This document shows positions 49,355-63,100 of a DNA stretch of 64,000 nt, piece after piece. The DNA is taken from NCBI GenBank assembly GCA_043228905.1, contig JBHGNT010000007.1, forward strand, positions 248,001-312,000. The letters run 5' to 3'. Made by a program: the position numbers and the translations under genes. A model generated the notes under the pieces. The model was given only the letters and a program-made list of their open reading frames with translations, did no database searches and was not told the origin of the DNA. Position 1 is the stretch's first letter. Every line of letters starts with the position of its first letter. This DNA comes from Azolla caroliniana (lineage: Eukaryota > Plantae > Polypodiophyta).

Positions 49355-51289
49355 TTTTAGGAGGGATTGTTGACAACCATCGATGTGCACTCACCAACCA
49401 CCTTGACTTACACTTGCATCAGTATCGCCACCTACTCATTTAATAGGTATTTACTTTATTGTTTTCTATTTTTTTTTACTATTTGAAAAAGTAGTTTGAA
49501 AGATAGATTAGGGTTTTTGCGATTCTTAATTGTTAAAATGTTCAAATGGTATGTTAAAACTTAAAACTATTCAAATGTTCAAATGGATTATATAACTTTA
49601 TGTTACAATGTTTCTTGAAATTTTGTCCTTTTGATGCATCTCCTTGTATAGTGTGTGGCCATTTATATCATTATAGATTCTTTGTTACATTGTTAGTTTT
49701 AGATATTATGTAGTGTCTTTGTAACTTAAGATTCTCTTTCCTTGGGAGGACATTCAAAGAAGCAATTTATTTTTAAGCGTCCAACTAGTTTGTAAAGGTT
49801 GGATATGAAAAATGACAAAGAGTATAGTTTTATGCATTTTTTCTAGAAGTAGAGTTTTGTTTTTGAGCTTTCAACATTTTCTAATAATCAATGACTAGAA
49901 TGTCACTAAATTTTTCGCTTTTTAAGTTTCTTTAATATCCTCTTTCGCCGTTTGAAAAAGTAGTTTGAAATTTTAGGGTTTTGTGATTCTGAATGGTTAA
50001 AACGTCTCTGTAAATGGTTGGAATCATAGAATGAACCATACGTGCATTCACATTTTGAGAAAGTTTCAATCATTCGAGTATGGTAAATACCATACTTTTG
50101 TATTCATTATTTATTATAAGGTAAAAAAAAACTAAGGTAAAAAGTGTAAAAAAAAGAAACATAAGAATATTTTGATAACATACGCTTTCGTTTGCATTTG
50201 TATGAAGAAGAATGTTTGCTAATGCATTCGAGTATATTATGTACTATGGTTGGAATGTTTCTGAATCAAACTTGCATTTATCAAATTCTTGTATATGAAT
50301 TTTGAAAACTTGGATGTTTCTAAATCTAGTATTAGGGTTTACATTACTATTGTTGAAGCTGTTATACTTACATGTAGACAAATTGCTTGTATAGATGGCT
50401 GTTAGGTCTAGTGACTTCAAAAATTTTGATGCTGAGTGGGGCGATGCATGTCACAAATTCACAATGACGGGAGATAATTCACTTCCTCATTTTTGAACAA
50501 TGTGTACTAGGGTACTTGATTTTGAACAATAGTGATGCACGTATGCTAACCTTGGTTTTGGTTGCACGGTTTCATAATTTGTCCTTTTTGTACAAGTCCC
50601 CATTTGTACATTCGGTACATTATCTTGGCTACCAACCATACATTGTAAGAGAACATTTTGTACAAGACACCATTTTGTACAAGTCACCATTTTGAAAGTG
50701 TATATTAAAACGAAGAAACATAGACGATGGCTGAGACGATAGAGGCGACGACGACAAGAAGGGATTCCAGTGAACTCCCCTTCGTTATTCATCCAGTCGC
50801 AGATCTGGTCATCAACATAACCGTGTCGACAAAGGTGTAGCAGGAGGTGCAGGCTGAAATAGATCGTCTGCATCAACTGTCGATGGTGGTACATGTAATC
50901 AGTGGCCATCCTAGTCGTGGGGAGTTGCGTCACTTGTTCCAAGCATGATTCCAAGAATATCTAACTAGAGTTGTGGATATTCTATTTTTAGGGAAAGGAT
51001 GCTATCATGTCAAGTTTCTGGTTGCGGAGATGGTGATGAAGCTACATCGGATGGGATCTACAAGGATTAATGGAATTCTGATGCATTTATTGCAATGGGA
51101 TCCTGGGTTTGACCTAAATGCGTTTAGTGAACATCCATCTAATTACTTTGTCTTTTCTATCATGTTTTTGGGTTTACCAAAAGAATGGAGAGCGGTGATA
51201 CCACATATGGCCTCATCGATTGCTCAATTAATTTATGAAGAATATGATGTAATGCGTTGTCGAGGAAATCCTCGTGTGTTCGTGAAATG

Positions 51290-51930
51290 AAGCGAGACCA
51301 CCGGGGTCCTGGACTAGAAGGATTCGATGTTTTTAAGTCACGTACGCGAGAAAGTATTGAAGATAGATAGATGGATGAAGAGAGATAGCGATTTAGATAG
51401 AGATTGAACCCTTGACTTTAGTTTTACGAGACAAGATACATCGTCATTAGGATAACTTAGATCTTTGATTAAAAGTTTCTTTTTTACTTAAATCACTTGC
51501 TTCCTTACACAAGCCCCATTATAGGTTTTTATAGGTCTCTCCATGCAAAAACCATGGGTTGAAACCATGGGCTAACACCACGGGCTAAAACCATGGTTTT
51601 GTGCCCACAGTTTTTATATGTTTGCTTCCTACGAAATATTGAATATGAAAAAGAAAATATACAAAATCTAAAGCACTTAGTAGTGGCTTTAGTGGTAAGT
51701 TAATTTGTCTCTTATCATGGAGGTGTAAGGTTCAAGCCTTGCTTGCACCCCTTTGTATGGACTCAAGGTTACCAGGCTTTAGTCTTATTTTATTTACAAA
51801 TGTTTGAGTGCTCATTATACTTTCTCGATTTTGTTTGTTCCACACGATTTTCACACCGTTGCCGAAAATCTTCACGACAACGTTATGTGGCTGAGAATCT
51901 CAACCTACTATATATACGATTAATTGGACA
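51290..51930. mobile_element. Unclassified ~640-bp insertion interrupting LINE ORF1, with a tRNA-like A/B-box segment
   Basis: ORF1 reading (RVFVK) stops at ~51290 and resumes (KDMTLPVYVRL) at ~51930. The insert has aaaaccatgg repeats (~51549-51600) and tggctttagtggtaag...ggttcaagcc (~51684-51740). Boundaries are approximate. Confidence 0.5.
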
Positions 51931-51968
51931 TAAAGACATGACATTACCTGTGTATGTTAGGTTGCTCG

Positions 51969-52610
51969 CATAGATTGACATATTTGCATTCGTCGGGTTT
52001 CCCATTCGAATGCAAACGAATACGAATACGAATGGGTGGTCAAGTATTCGTTTAACCCAAAAAAAACAAAAGAGAACTCTGTCTTTTTTAATTTCCTAGG
52101 ATAAAAAAAAAGGAACTTCACAATAAATAGGGATAATAAAAGAGGGACTTAGGGATTTGACACTACTAAATTTTTATAATAAATGTATAACTTATAACTT
52201 ATAAGTATTCGTTTTATTTTTAATAAATAAATAAAATAAAATAAAGGCCCATTAATTTCTCACTTTTTATTCCCTCAAAATTTATGTATATTTTTATTTT
52301 GACAGTAAAAATAGTACTTCAAACTATCATATTTGTATAATAAATATAAAAATATTTGTTTTTTAAATATTAATTAATTGATTGATTAATTAAAATAAGT
52401 TTCATAAACTCTCTTGACACTATAATCTATTAATGAATAATTGTTCTTTTTTTGGTGAAATAAATTTATTTAAATAAATAGATAAATATTTTATATTTAT
52501 TTTGCAAAACAAATGGTTTTTTAATATTCTTTGGGCCATTTCGTATTCTCAAATATTGAGAATATTGCGCATTGAGAATATCAAGAATATCACGCATGTG
52601 TCAATCTATG
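51969..52610. mobile_element. Non-autonomous hAT-type MITE (642 bp) nested in LINE ORF1
   Basis: Perfect 12-bp TIR CATAGATTGACA/TGTCAATCTATG; 8-bp TSD GTTGCTCG (51961-51968) vs GTTGCCCA (52611-52618), 6/8 with two transitions; subterminal cgaata/tattcg motifs and an AT-rich core. Confidence 0.85.
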
Positions 52611-53597
52611 GTTGCCCACTATGTTTCAGGCCCCACCAAGGGTCCAAAGAGTTAAATATTCTAGACTTCCTAATCAATGTTTTATTTGTAAGTGTATTGG
52701 CCATGTGGTCAAAGATTGTCATGTTGGAGAGGAACAAATTATACAAGAGTGTTCTTTTAGCAACACTAATGATGAAGGTTGGACAGAAGGCAAGAGGAAG
52801 CATGGTAGGAAATCCTCGGTGAGGACATCTTATGGTGTAGGGGTAACATCTGGAAAGACACCAAATGCAAGTCATGATAGTCCACAAGTTAACAAGTCAA
52901 ATTTACAAATAATCCCTTTTAGTAATAATGATGTACTAACTTGGTAGAGATGAGGATTATGATATTGTAATTGACAATGATATTGTAAGTTCTATGAAGG
53001 AGAAGCCCTTGAAGGGAGGGAATGATCATGAACAGATGATAGCTTTCGAGCCTTCCTCATTACAAGGTGAGGTTCATATGGAGTTAGCTATGGTAGAAAA
53101 GAATGAAGGGATCACATCTATGATATCTTTGGAGGAGGGTCTTATGAACGGTTCACAATATTCTTGAAGGTTAACTCGGGCTAAAACAAAGGCCTTAACA
53201 AGCCATGGTAAGAATGCACAAGGATTCATGCTTGAAAAATCAGTTGTGCAATCATATACTATGGCTATGAATGGAGGTGTGATGGTGGATGGAAAGAGCA
53301 CACTATCTTCCTCAATAAAGAAGGATTCTTACTTAGAAGTTGTGGCAAGGAAACCTTGGAAATGATTCAAGATTGCTAGGCAAATTACTAAGCCTAAAAA
53401 AGCAGCAGCGGGGGAGAAGAGGATGAAAGGTAAACAACTTTTGCTAGCCTATGAATATTTTCGTATTGTATCATGGAATGTTCAAGGTTTGTGTTGTGCA
53501 CAAGCACAAAAAATTAAGGCTAAACTAAGAAAAAGTTTACATAAAAGCTTTATGAGATTTGTAGATATGGTTTTTTTACAAGAACATCATTTGAGTC

Positions 53598-54035
53598 TGT
53601 TTAGCGATCAAGCTCAACTTAGTTTAGTTATTTAGTCAACCATGTAACTTCATAGTTACCTAGATAAAATCTAGTTAGGAGCGTTGACTATAATGCCTTA
53701 AATAGGACCTTGTACTTAAATGGGACATTCTAGATCCTCCACTCTTAAGTACATTTAATATAGGACTTACACCATAGTACCTATATTCTACTCACACATG
53801 TGTACCTTTGCACGTGAGATGTATATATACCTCATTGTGGGTATTTTTGTTTTTTGATGATCATGATGCTAATTTAATATAGAGTTAATCATCCCCCATC
53901 TTGTGTTGCTCATAAATGTACTTCTCTCTCTCTTCCTCTCACACACATACACACACATATCACTTAATCTTTCACTTAACTTAATCACATAATTAGGTAC
54001 TAATTAACCCTTGCTTAATTACCTAATTCTTAACA
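53598..54035. mobile_element. Solo LTR (438 bp) nested in the LINE endonuclease domain
   Basis: TGTT...AACA termini, 5-bp TSD GAGTC/AAGTC (4/5); interrupts ORF2 right after FLQEHHLS, and the LINE frame resumes after 54040. Confidence 0.8.
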
Positions 54036-57000
54036 AAGTCCCACAAGGATAGATTCTTATGGGTCCTTATTTAGTGGGTCATGGGCCCATCTTTGGAGTC
54101 TTGCAATTGGCAAATCCCACAATAAAGCTAGTATTTGTATAACATTAGCCCAGAAATGGTATTCTCATGTGATTGATTATAAGATTTTAGTGGAAGGAAG
54201 AGTGCAAGTTATTCTTTTAGAAATCCAAAATTTATAATTGGGTTTTATAAATGTATATGCTCACAATGCACTAGCAGATAGGAGGTTGTGGTCTTATATG
54301 TGTGATACTTTACCCCAAGTGGATCATTGGTGTATGGTCGGAGATTTTAATATGGTTGACGATAAGTTGGATAGAAGTGGGGGTAGCCAAGCTCTTTTAT
54401 ATGGTTTAGAATTGAGCTTTTGGGAGAGGTTGTGCTTCAAGTATGGTTTCCGAATACTTGGTGCTCTCCCTCTTTTAGCAAACATATTGAATCTTCGCAA
54501 TTCTCTAGATCAGATAGACGATTATTAGGTACTCATCTATCTCGATTAGACAGATTCTATGCTGACGACTTCTTTACAGAATTAGGAGGATAGTTACATA
54601 TATTAGCTGGGATAACTTTCTTAGATCACTCACCTCTTATTGTTACTTTGAAATAAATGGAAAAATGGAAGTCCTTTATTTCACCTATACCTTCCTCCTT
54701 GTATGTTTATCTTGCCCTTAGAGGAGATGTTTTAGCAATTTGGAAGGATACAGGTGTATCGCAATTGTTGGTGTGTGATAGAGTTGCAGATGCAATTGTC
54801 AATGTTAGTAATTGCTTTTGCAATAAAGTAAAGGAGGAACAATGTCAACTCAAAACTAAGATATTGAGTATTAAACGAGCGGTTGCTTCTTTGCGACATT
54901 TTCAGCAACGTATGCCATGGGCTACGTGGGTGATGTTCGGATTGAATGATTACAAAGGATAAGCTCTGTAAATTACAAGATACTTTGGCTCAATGCACTT
55001 ATAATGCATTTGCTGCAAAGTGGGCACAAGTGGGGGATAAAGTGTCTGTTGATTTTTTCAAAATTGCAACTCCAAAAAAAACTTGTAATGGGATGAAACA
55101 ACTACAGAAGGATAATAGATCAATTACGGAGGATGCCAAAGAAATGAGGGATATTGCTACAAAATTTTATAGTAATTTATTGTCCGCTAAATGTTTTGCA
55201 CTCAATCAATTGGAGAGATGGAGAGTTGTGTGGTAGTCCATGCATGCCCGTGTTTCACTCCATATGTCAAATGTTTTGGTTAAACTGATTTCGATTTTTG
55301 AAGTAAGGGTTGCTTTGGATGCAATTGGCTCCCATGTATGCCCTGGTACCAATGGGCTTTCAACATATTTTTTTCGGAATTATTGGGAGTTTATTGGGAT
55401 TGACATTATTGCTGCATTTTAGGAGGTGTTTGACACTGGATTTATGCCAAGTAAGTGGACCGAAGGTATGATATATCTTATTCCTAAGTTGGAAGGGGTA
55501 GTGGTTGATATTAGGAAGTGGCGACCCATAACTATATTGAATACTATTTACAAAATATATGATAAGTTGTTGGCTATGAGATTGCAATCTTTTTTATTAG
55601 ACATCATTCATAACACCCAAACAAGGTTCTTACAAGATAGGAGTATATTGTATAACATTTTTTTATTTTGGGAAGCGGTTGCAATTTCACAAGTCTAAAG
55701 GAAAGAGGATTTAACAATCTTGTTGTTGGATTTCGAAAGGCTTATGACAGAGTAGATTGGTATTTTTTGAGGGGTACCATGGAAAAGTTGGGTTTTCCTA
55801 ATGAATGGTTAACAACTGTCTCATATCTTTACAACTTAGCTACTAGTAGGGTATTAATAGCTAGAGAGTTATTGTTGCTTGCTATAAGGAAGAAATTGTT
55901 ATATTGGAATACTACTAAATTGCGGTACATTTTATCGGCTTGGTTGTGCTCGCGTTCTGCTTTATCGCAAGTACAACGGCTTATTAGGAATTTCCTTTGG
56001 GGATCTAAAGATTGTTCTTATGTGAGAGCCAAGGTATCTTGGAAAATTATTACAATTCCAAAGGACGAGGGTGGTCTTGGATTGATTGATCCTCTTTTAC
56101 CATGTAAGGCTTTATTGGGAAAATTTGTTATAAGAGGTTTGTTGCTTGGTGGGGAGCCTTGGAAAAAAATCTTAAGGTAGAGAATGGTTAAAGTTATGCC
56201 TTCTATAGGTGGCAATTGGAAAGATAGTATTAGATGGTGGTTTTTAAGAGATTTCAACCATTCCATTAATAATTTTTGCCATGGTTTTTTAGGGGTATCA
56301 TGAAGGCATGGTGGGATTTGAAACATAACTTAGTCCAATCTCTACCATCATGTACGGAGGAATGGTTGCGCCAACCCCTCATATTGAACCCACTATTTAC
56401 ATCAGAAGAGGGGGTAATGTTAGGGAAGAGAACTAGGTTGAATTGGGTTAACTTTGATAAAGGTGAAACTGAGTCAGTGGGGAATTGGCTGACTTTTCCT
56501 CCTTCAACGATGGAAAACAAAACCCATGTTTGTAGTACAATTTGGGGAGGGAACATTATGTATTCAGAAATTGATAGAGTCTTTACGATATCTTCCTTTC
56601 GGCCTTCTCAAACTAGTCTATTTTGGTATGGTATGTTTTCATCCCTACATGTCTTGTTGGGGGTTAGGGGTTATAAAAACTCTCATGAATACCTTTACTT
56701 TGATGTTTTGCCTTCTGGATGACTTCATTCTCTCTTTGTGGAAGACGAAATTGTAACTCGAGGGAATATGTTGCCTATTCGTATATTGTGAAAGAAAGAT
56801 AAAAATGGATACTGAACCCACATCCAAATGATGTAAACAATCTCTCTGATCTATGGGTCTATGAGAATAAGCCCATTGATCGCCTTTTGTGGAATCCTGG
56901 TGAGTGGAAATGGCAAATCATATCAGCGCAAGGAATGCTAGTTAAGCAAAAATCCCATTTTTTTAGTATTTGGTAAAAATGGGTAGAGAAATGCTAAGGA

Positions 57001-57907
57001 GAGGTGTGACTGTTACGCCAACAACTTCTAAAATTTGGAAATTTGGTAATGTAATAGACTCTTGGTTGAATGCTTATTGGAAATGGTTATGGGCCATGCA
57101 AATTCCTAAAAAAGTTGTGTTATTTAGATGGTTGTTGACACATAATGGCATTCCTGTGAAGTCATGGATGCAAGGACATTGCCATGATTTAAAATGTGAC
57201 AATTGTGGTTCTCCCATTGAATCGGTTTACCATGTTTTATGTATATTTCCTACTGTTAGAGCAGTTCGGAAAAGAATGTTGAGAATGTTGTATCCTATTA
57301 ATGGTAAGAAGGTGTACACATGGGGTGAGATGGGGAAGATTGGCTAGAGAAATTCAGAACTATGTAAAGGAGTACGGTGATTTTCTTCTCCTCTCCGATG
57401 GAAGACATGTATTGGAGGTCTCCGATACAACAACAGTCCGTTGTTTGGAAGAGGATAAGGTTTGGTCTACGATATCTTCTCTAGTAGTTTGGGTATTGTG
57501 GAAGGCTAGATGTAAATGTGTATTTTAGAAAGTTAAACAGAATGTGGTTGAGTTAGTCAAAGAGATATGGTTAATGCTCTTACATACTTTAAGAGGTCAA
57601 TATGATGCAATAACTGGTGAGCTTGAGGTTGTGATTCGTAAACAACAACAGTTTTGAGAAATTTGGAAAAAGGCAAAGGTCTTCACCTCTTTTGGAGAAA
57701 GAATAAAGTGGAGATATGCTCCACCAAGATGGCTTTTTCCACCCCCTGTCTTGGAACAACCCTACATGCGGGCTTTTGATACTTGACATGTGGGTTGATG
57801 TAGATGTAAGGGTTGTAATATATTGTATGAATTCGTTGTAGCCTTTCAGCATCTTTCCATTAATACCAAGGTGAACCTTCTTTTAAAAGAAGAAGAAGAA
57901 GAAGAAA

Positions 57908-60080
57908 TGTATATTAAAATTATTCGTTGTCAAATTGGGTGGGCAATGTTGGTGATTATGTTTGTGATGTCAAATAGTATGCATAATATGGAGATATTCT
58001 TAGTTGCAATCAAGATATTAATGATAGGCTTTCCAACATCTTGATATAATCAATGCAACTCATACATATATAAGATCTCCTTTGATATGCAAATCACATT
58101 CTAGATACATCAATTATGTTTCGAAGTCTATCCATCAAAATACATCCTACTTGGATGTGTTGAAGCGAAGTAATCCTCAATATGATTTGTAGTAGCATAC
58201 AAAGGTAAAGCCATTCTCACACAAAGTATGTGTATGATCAAGATTGGTTAATTTGGGGAATCACAACAAACAATTGTGGAAGTCCAAAGCAAGGAAATTT
58301 CTCTTAAATAACCCACTTGAAAATATGTTGAAACTTATAGTGTAATGTCAAATTGTATGTATAACATGGTGATCACACTCATTTCCATAATTTGCATTGA
58401 AGTTTTAAGTTTTTCGGTGGAAATTTGATGTCATTTTTTTAAAAACTTATGATGTTTGAATTTGAGTCAGCGCCTAGCTTGAGTTAGTCAGGCACCTGAC
58501 CCTAAGTTGGTGATGTGCCTGATTTGAGTCGAATGCTTGACCTGGGATGGTTGGGAGCTTGCAATAAGATAGTAGGGTGTTTGCTGGTAGAATCAAGCGC
58601 ATGTTGATAGAGGTTGATAGCTTTTTGGATGATACGTTTTTTCCCCTAGAGATTGACGATGTAGATTGCACATGATCTCAGCTAAGCGCCCTAAACCGTC
58701 CGTGGTCGTGATTCCCTTGCGAGGCCTCTTTATGATTTGGTAGTAGATAGACACGAGCTATATACTCACACACACATACATACACAAGAATGACCAATGA
58801 CATACATACATATACACTTTGTATATTAACAAAAATGACCAACAATACGAGCTACAATACACACATACACACTTTGTATATTAATGAGAATGACCAACAA
58901 CATACAAGAGGAGAAGGTGCTTATGTAGTCACCTTCTCTCCATGCTCTCCCACTACAATCACCTCTTGAGAAAGAGGTGGAGACGTAACTACCTACTAAC
59001 TATGTATATGTCATAGGAGTTAAGTTCTATGACACATTAGTTATGAATCATGATACAAAGTGATGGGGGTGTTCACACACTTGGATGCCCCTAGGGTGTG
59101 TTCCCACACTGGGAAGTTGAGTTTGATTCTCGACAATTTTGTACATGGCTCACTTTGTACAAGTCACCATTTTGAAAGTGTATATTAAAATTGTTAGCTA
59201 TCAAATTGAGTGTGCAATGTTGGTGATTATGTTGGTAATGTCAAATAGTAAGCATACTATTGAGAGTATTCTTACATGCAATCGAGATATTAATGATAGG
59301 CTTTCCAACATCTTGATATTATCAATGCAAATCATACATATTTAATATCTCCTTTGACATGCAAAACACTTTCTAGATACATCAATTATGTTTCGAAGTT
59401 TATCCATCAAAATACATCCTACTTGGATGTATCGAAGGGAACTAATCCTCAACATGATTTGTAGTGGCATGCACAGGTAAACCCATTCTCACACAAAGTC
59501 TACTTATGATAAATATTGGTTGATTAGGGGAATCACAACAAACATTTGTGGAAGTCCAAAGCAAGGAATTTTCTCTTAAATATCCCATTGAAAAATATGT
59601 TGAAACTTTGGGAGTGTAATATCAAATTGTATGTATAACATGGAGATCGCACTTGTTTCCATAATTTGCACAAAATAAATGAAGTTTTAAGTTTAGAGTT
59701 TTGTGCAATTGGAAGTTTTTGGTTTTTTAGTGGAGTTTTGATGTAAGATTTTGTTGTCAATTTTTTTTGAAGTTTATGATGTCAGGATTTGGGTCAGATG
59801 TCTAGATTTGGGTCGGGTGCCTGATTTGAGTTGGGCACCTGACCTTGAGTTGGTCGGGTGCCTAATTTGAGTCGAGTGCCTTATCTAGGACGATCTGTTG
59901 TCTGCAATAAGATAGTAGAGTGCCTGGCGGTAGCGGCTAACAACTTTTTGGATGATGAGTTTTTTCCCCTAGAGATCGGATTAAGTGCCCTGGACCGTCC
60001 GTGGCCGCGATTCCCTCGCGAGGCCCTCTTTATGATTTGGTAGTTGATAAACACAAGCCATACATATACATACATACATA
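57908..60080 (+). repeat. Diverged ~0.9-kb direct duplication (57908-58790, with its start left at ~50670-50710, vs ~59140-60080)
   Basis: Collinear matches such as ggtgattatgttxgtxatgtcaaatagta, ctagatacatcaattatgtttcgaagt, gtggaagtccaaagcaaggaa and accgtccgtggxcgxgattcc...ctctttatgatttggtagt. Confidence 0.85.
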
Positions 60081-60190
60081 CTGATACATACATACATACA
60101 TACATACATACATACTGATACATACATACATACATACAGACGGAAGGGTTTAAGGGACTGGTGTTGGATTTTGGTTGCTTCCAAATCGCC

Positions 60191-63100
60191 ATGGCAGCCA
60201 CTGCAGAAAGACCATCTCTGGCGGAGCTCAAGGTGGAGGAGCTCCTCAAAGAGGTCAGAGCAGAGTATCCCCAAGAAGAATTCATGGCCTCTGTCATCTC
60301 TATGTTCCGCGAATGCTTTCAACAGATACCCGAGCATGAGGTAAGTGATAGAACCCAGTTCCTTTGTTTCTTTTCATCTCGACGAAAAAGGAAGAAACAA
60401 TAGGGGTACATGGAATTTGTTTCTATTTTCTGTTTTCTTGTAGTATCAGTTATTAATTTGACTTGGATTCTTCTTTCTTCTTCTTCTAGGTCAATGCTTC
60501 CATGGCACCTTCCTTCGTGGAGGACCTTGGTGTGCCTGAGGAGAAAGCGAGATTCACTTTCAAAATCCCTGAGGCAGTAGAAATAATTGGAAGCTGTGCT
60601 GTACGAACAATGGCCAAACCGAATCACACTATCGATCTGGCGGTTCAGATTCCTAAGGTTCTTATTTTTTTCCTTCGTTGTTTTTGTTTTTTTCATCCTT
60701 TTATATTTAGATAACTAAACATGGATGCGATTACATTTATAGATACTCTGGATGGAATGGTTGAACAAAATCTATTATTGTTGACAGGATATGGTTCATA
60801 TACTTAGCATTACTCTTTATGAATGTTGGTATATGCTGATGAAGGATCTTATGTAAATCAGATCTTAGATGACAGTTGCGTTGCCAGTCACATTGTGTAG
60901 TCCATAAATCTTATCTCAAAAGTGGTGCTATAGACATCTACCAAGCAAATATATTCATTCATTTAATCTATTTCAGAATCTCATCATGAACATATGAACA
61001 TTAAAATTATTGTAAATGTGTTTATGCTGCACTTTTCATTGAGTGACCTCTCTCTTGTTACTCATGCAAGGTTTGTTGATAAAGTGGTTGATATGAATTG
61101 AAGACATCCATGAAACACTTATTCATTTTGAAAGATCATAGAATACTCACGCTATTGTACATACATGCTACTTGGTAATTGTTGAATATCCGTGCTATCT
61201 TACATGCTACTCTATGGATGTCCATTACATTTTTATGCTGCATGGTAGGTCAGTAATATATCAACTACAACTTCGAAATGATTTTTCACAAACTTAGCAA
61301 TTTGTTTTTAGATTATTAATATCAGAGCAATAAAAAGGAATTTCCCCTTACTATCCTGGATCATTGCACTCATGAAAGCTGAGATTCATTATATGACTAC
61401 AAGCTTCGAATGAATGTGCATCATGTTAAGTGTTAAGTAATGTTTTTATAAGTTTTCTATCATGTTTTAATTGTGAAGTGATTAATATGGTTTTTATATT
61501 ATTTTCTTGTACAACTGATGAAATAATTGGAATTTTTGATAACAGAGCTGTTTCCATGCAAAAGACTTTTTAAATAATCAATATCACGCCAAAAGAGCAT
61601 TGTATCTGGTAGAATTGCAAAAGAATTTGGTTGAGAACCCAATCGTGGAAAGTATGACATGGACATCAATGCATCATGATATGAGGAAGCCTTTGCTACT
61701 AGTGAAGCTCGGTATGATTGCTTTTATCTTTATAATTGACATTGAGCAATTTCAGCAGCACACATGGTGAGAGGAAAATGATCACATGCCATTATCTTCA
61801 TATTACATTTTATGATACAGTTATGGCTCTGTAGACGATGGATTGAGTTGCTTTAATGAATAATTTATACAAACCCAGCTTTATAGAACATTTCTCAATA
61901 AAGTATTTATGACATAAAAGACTACGAATTAATTAAAGTTGAATATTTAGGTTGCACTATGCATTATCGTGCGATTGTTTACTTCAAGGGGTGTACAAGC
62001 CTAGTTTTTGTAATTAAAAAAGTTGATTCTGTGATCAGTATACATATAACATATCTTTGTTCAATTGGTGAGACTGCATCAACTGATGGCATGGAAAAAA
62101 GACAAAGTGTTATTTTACAATGGAGGAAGCATATATAAAAAAATATGAGGACAGGTGGGAAGCACAATAATGTTGGATTGTAAATGATGCTAAATTAACA
62201 GCAAACACTGATGCATTAGAAATCTACGAGGAAACTGGAAACCCTGATATAGGAATCTCCCCAAGTGAGATCTCAGTCAATTCCTTGATTTCCTAATTTC
62301 CCTTGTGAGTTTATCTTGCTGACTTTCCCCTTGTTTGACACTCCCTTCAATGGCCCATGAATTCCAACCCCCCTCATTAACCATTGCTTTCTTCCAGATG
62401 TCCTCAATCTCTACTCTGCCTGGCTGCCTTCATATCCTGTCCAAAACCTCAGGGGTCTTCACGTTATCCTTGAGTATGCTCATAAAACAAGCTATGTCTA
62501 TGCCTCGAATCTACTCTGTTAATTGTTTTATCTACATTTTAAATATCCTTCATGAATAATTCTGTACAGCTTAATTTGATTATTCATTTTGTGAACCTTC
62601 ATCTGTTGATGTTAGTGCGATAATATAAATATTACAAAACGGATCGTCAAGGCTATATTAATCAAGTTGGTAATTATCCATTCAATGAATGTGTAACTCG
62701 AATGGTGAGAATTACATTTGTAGCTTATGTTTTCATTTGCATTTCATTCCTCTCCTTTCACATATTTATATTCTGCTTACTTTGGAGTGGTGTTTCTATC
62801 TTTTCTGTTCACAAGCTTATTTGTGCTTATGAATGAACAAAAAACAGAGTGTAAACGGATTGCTTTGGCACCATATAATTGCAGAATGATGCTATTTAAC
62901 AGTTCCAAGGTTGATTAGGCCAGATGGTTGCAGCGTAGATAATCTGTGACCGTATCCAAACTTATTGAAGGGAAATATTTATTATATTCTAAACAACTTA
63001 ATACTTGTACTTCTTAAGGATCACATAATCTAAATGTGTACATTTTATGTTTTTTGATGGGCAAGCCGCCCTTTGAATTTTGGTTAATCTAGGATGTATC

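Larger units (their letters stand above)
50711..57907 (+). mobile_element. Degenerate L1-like LINE retrotransposon (ORF1 with CCHC knuckle; ORF2 EN-RT-zf) carrying nested insertions
   Basis: ORF1 pieces 50973-51290 and 52612-52947 (CFICKCIGHVVKDC). ORF2 endonuclease IVSWNVQGL, FLQEHH, INVYAHN, VGDFNMV; RT PGTNG, LIPKLEG, WRPITILNTIYKI, FRKAYDRVDW; then KDEGGLGLID and CDNCGSPIESVYHVL. (GAA)n tail ~57888-57907; 12-bp TSD TGTATATTAAAA at 50699-50710 and 57908-57919. Confidence 0.9.

Noticed and set aside
51291-51320. Hairpin plus CTAG as a Helitron 3' end
   Set aside because: The stem is only 4-5 bp, CTAG is followed by A rather than T, and no matching 5' TC terminus was identified.
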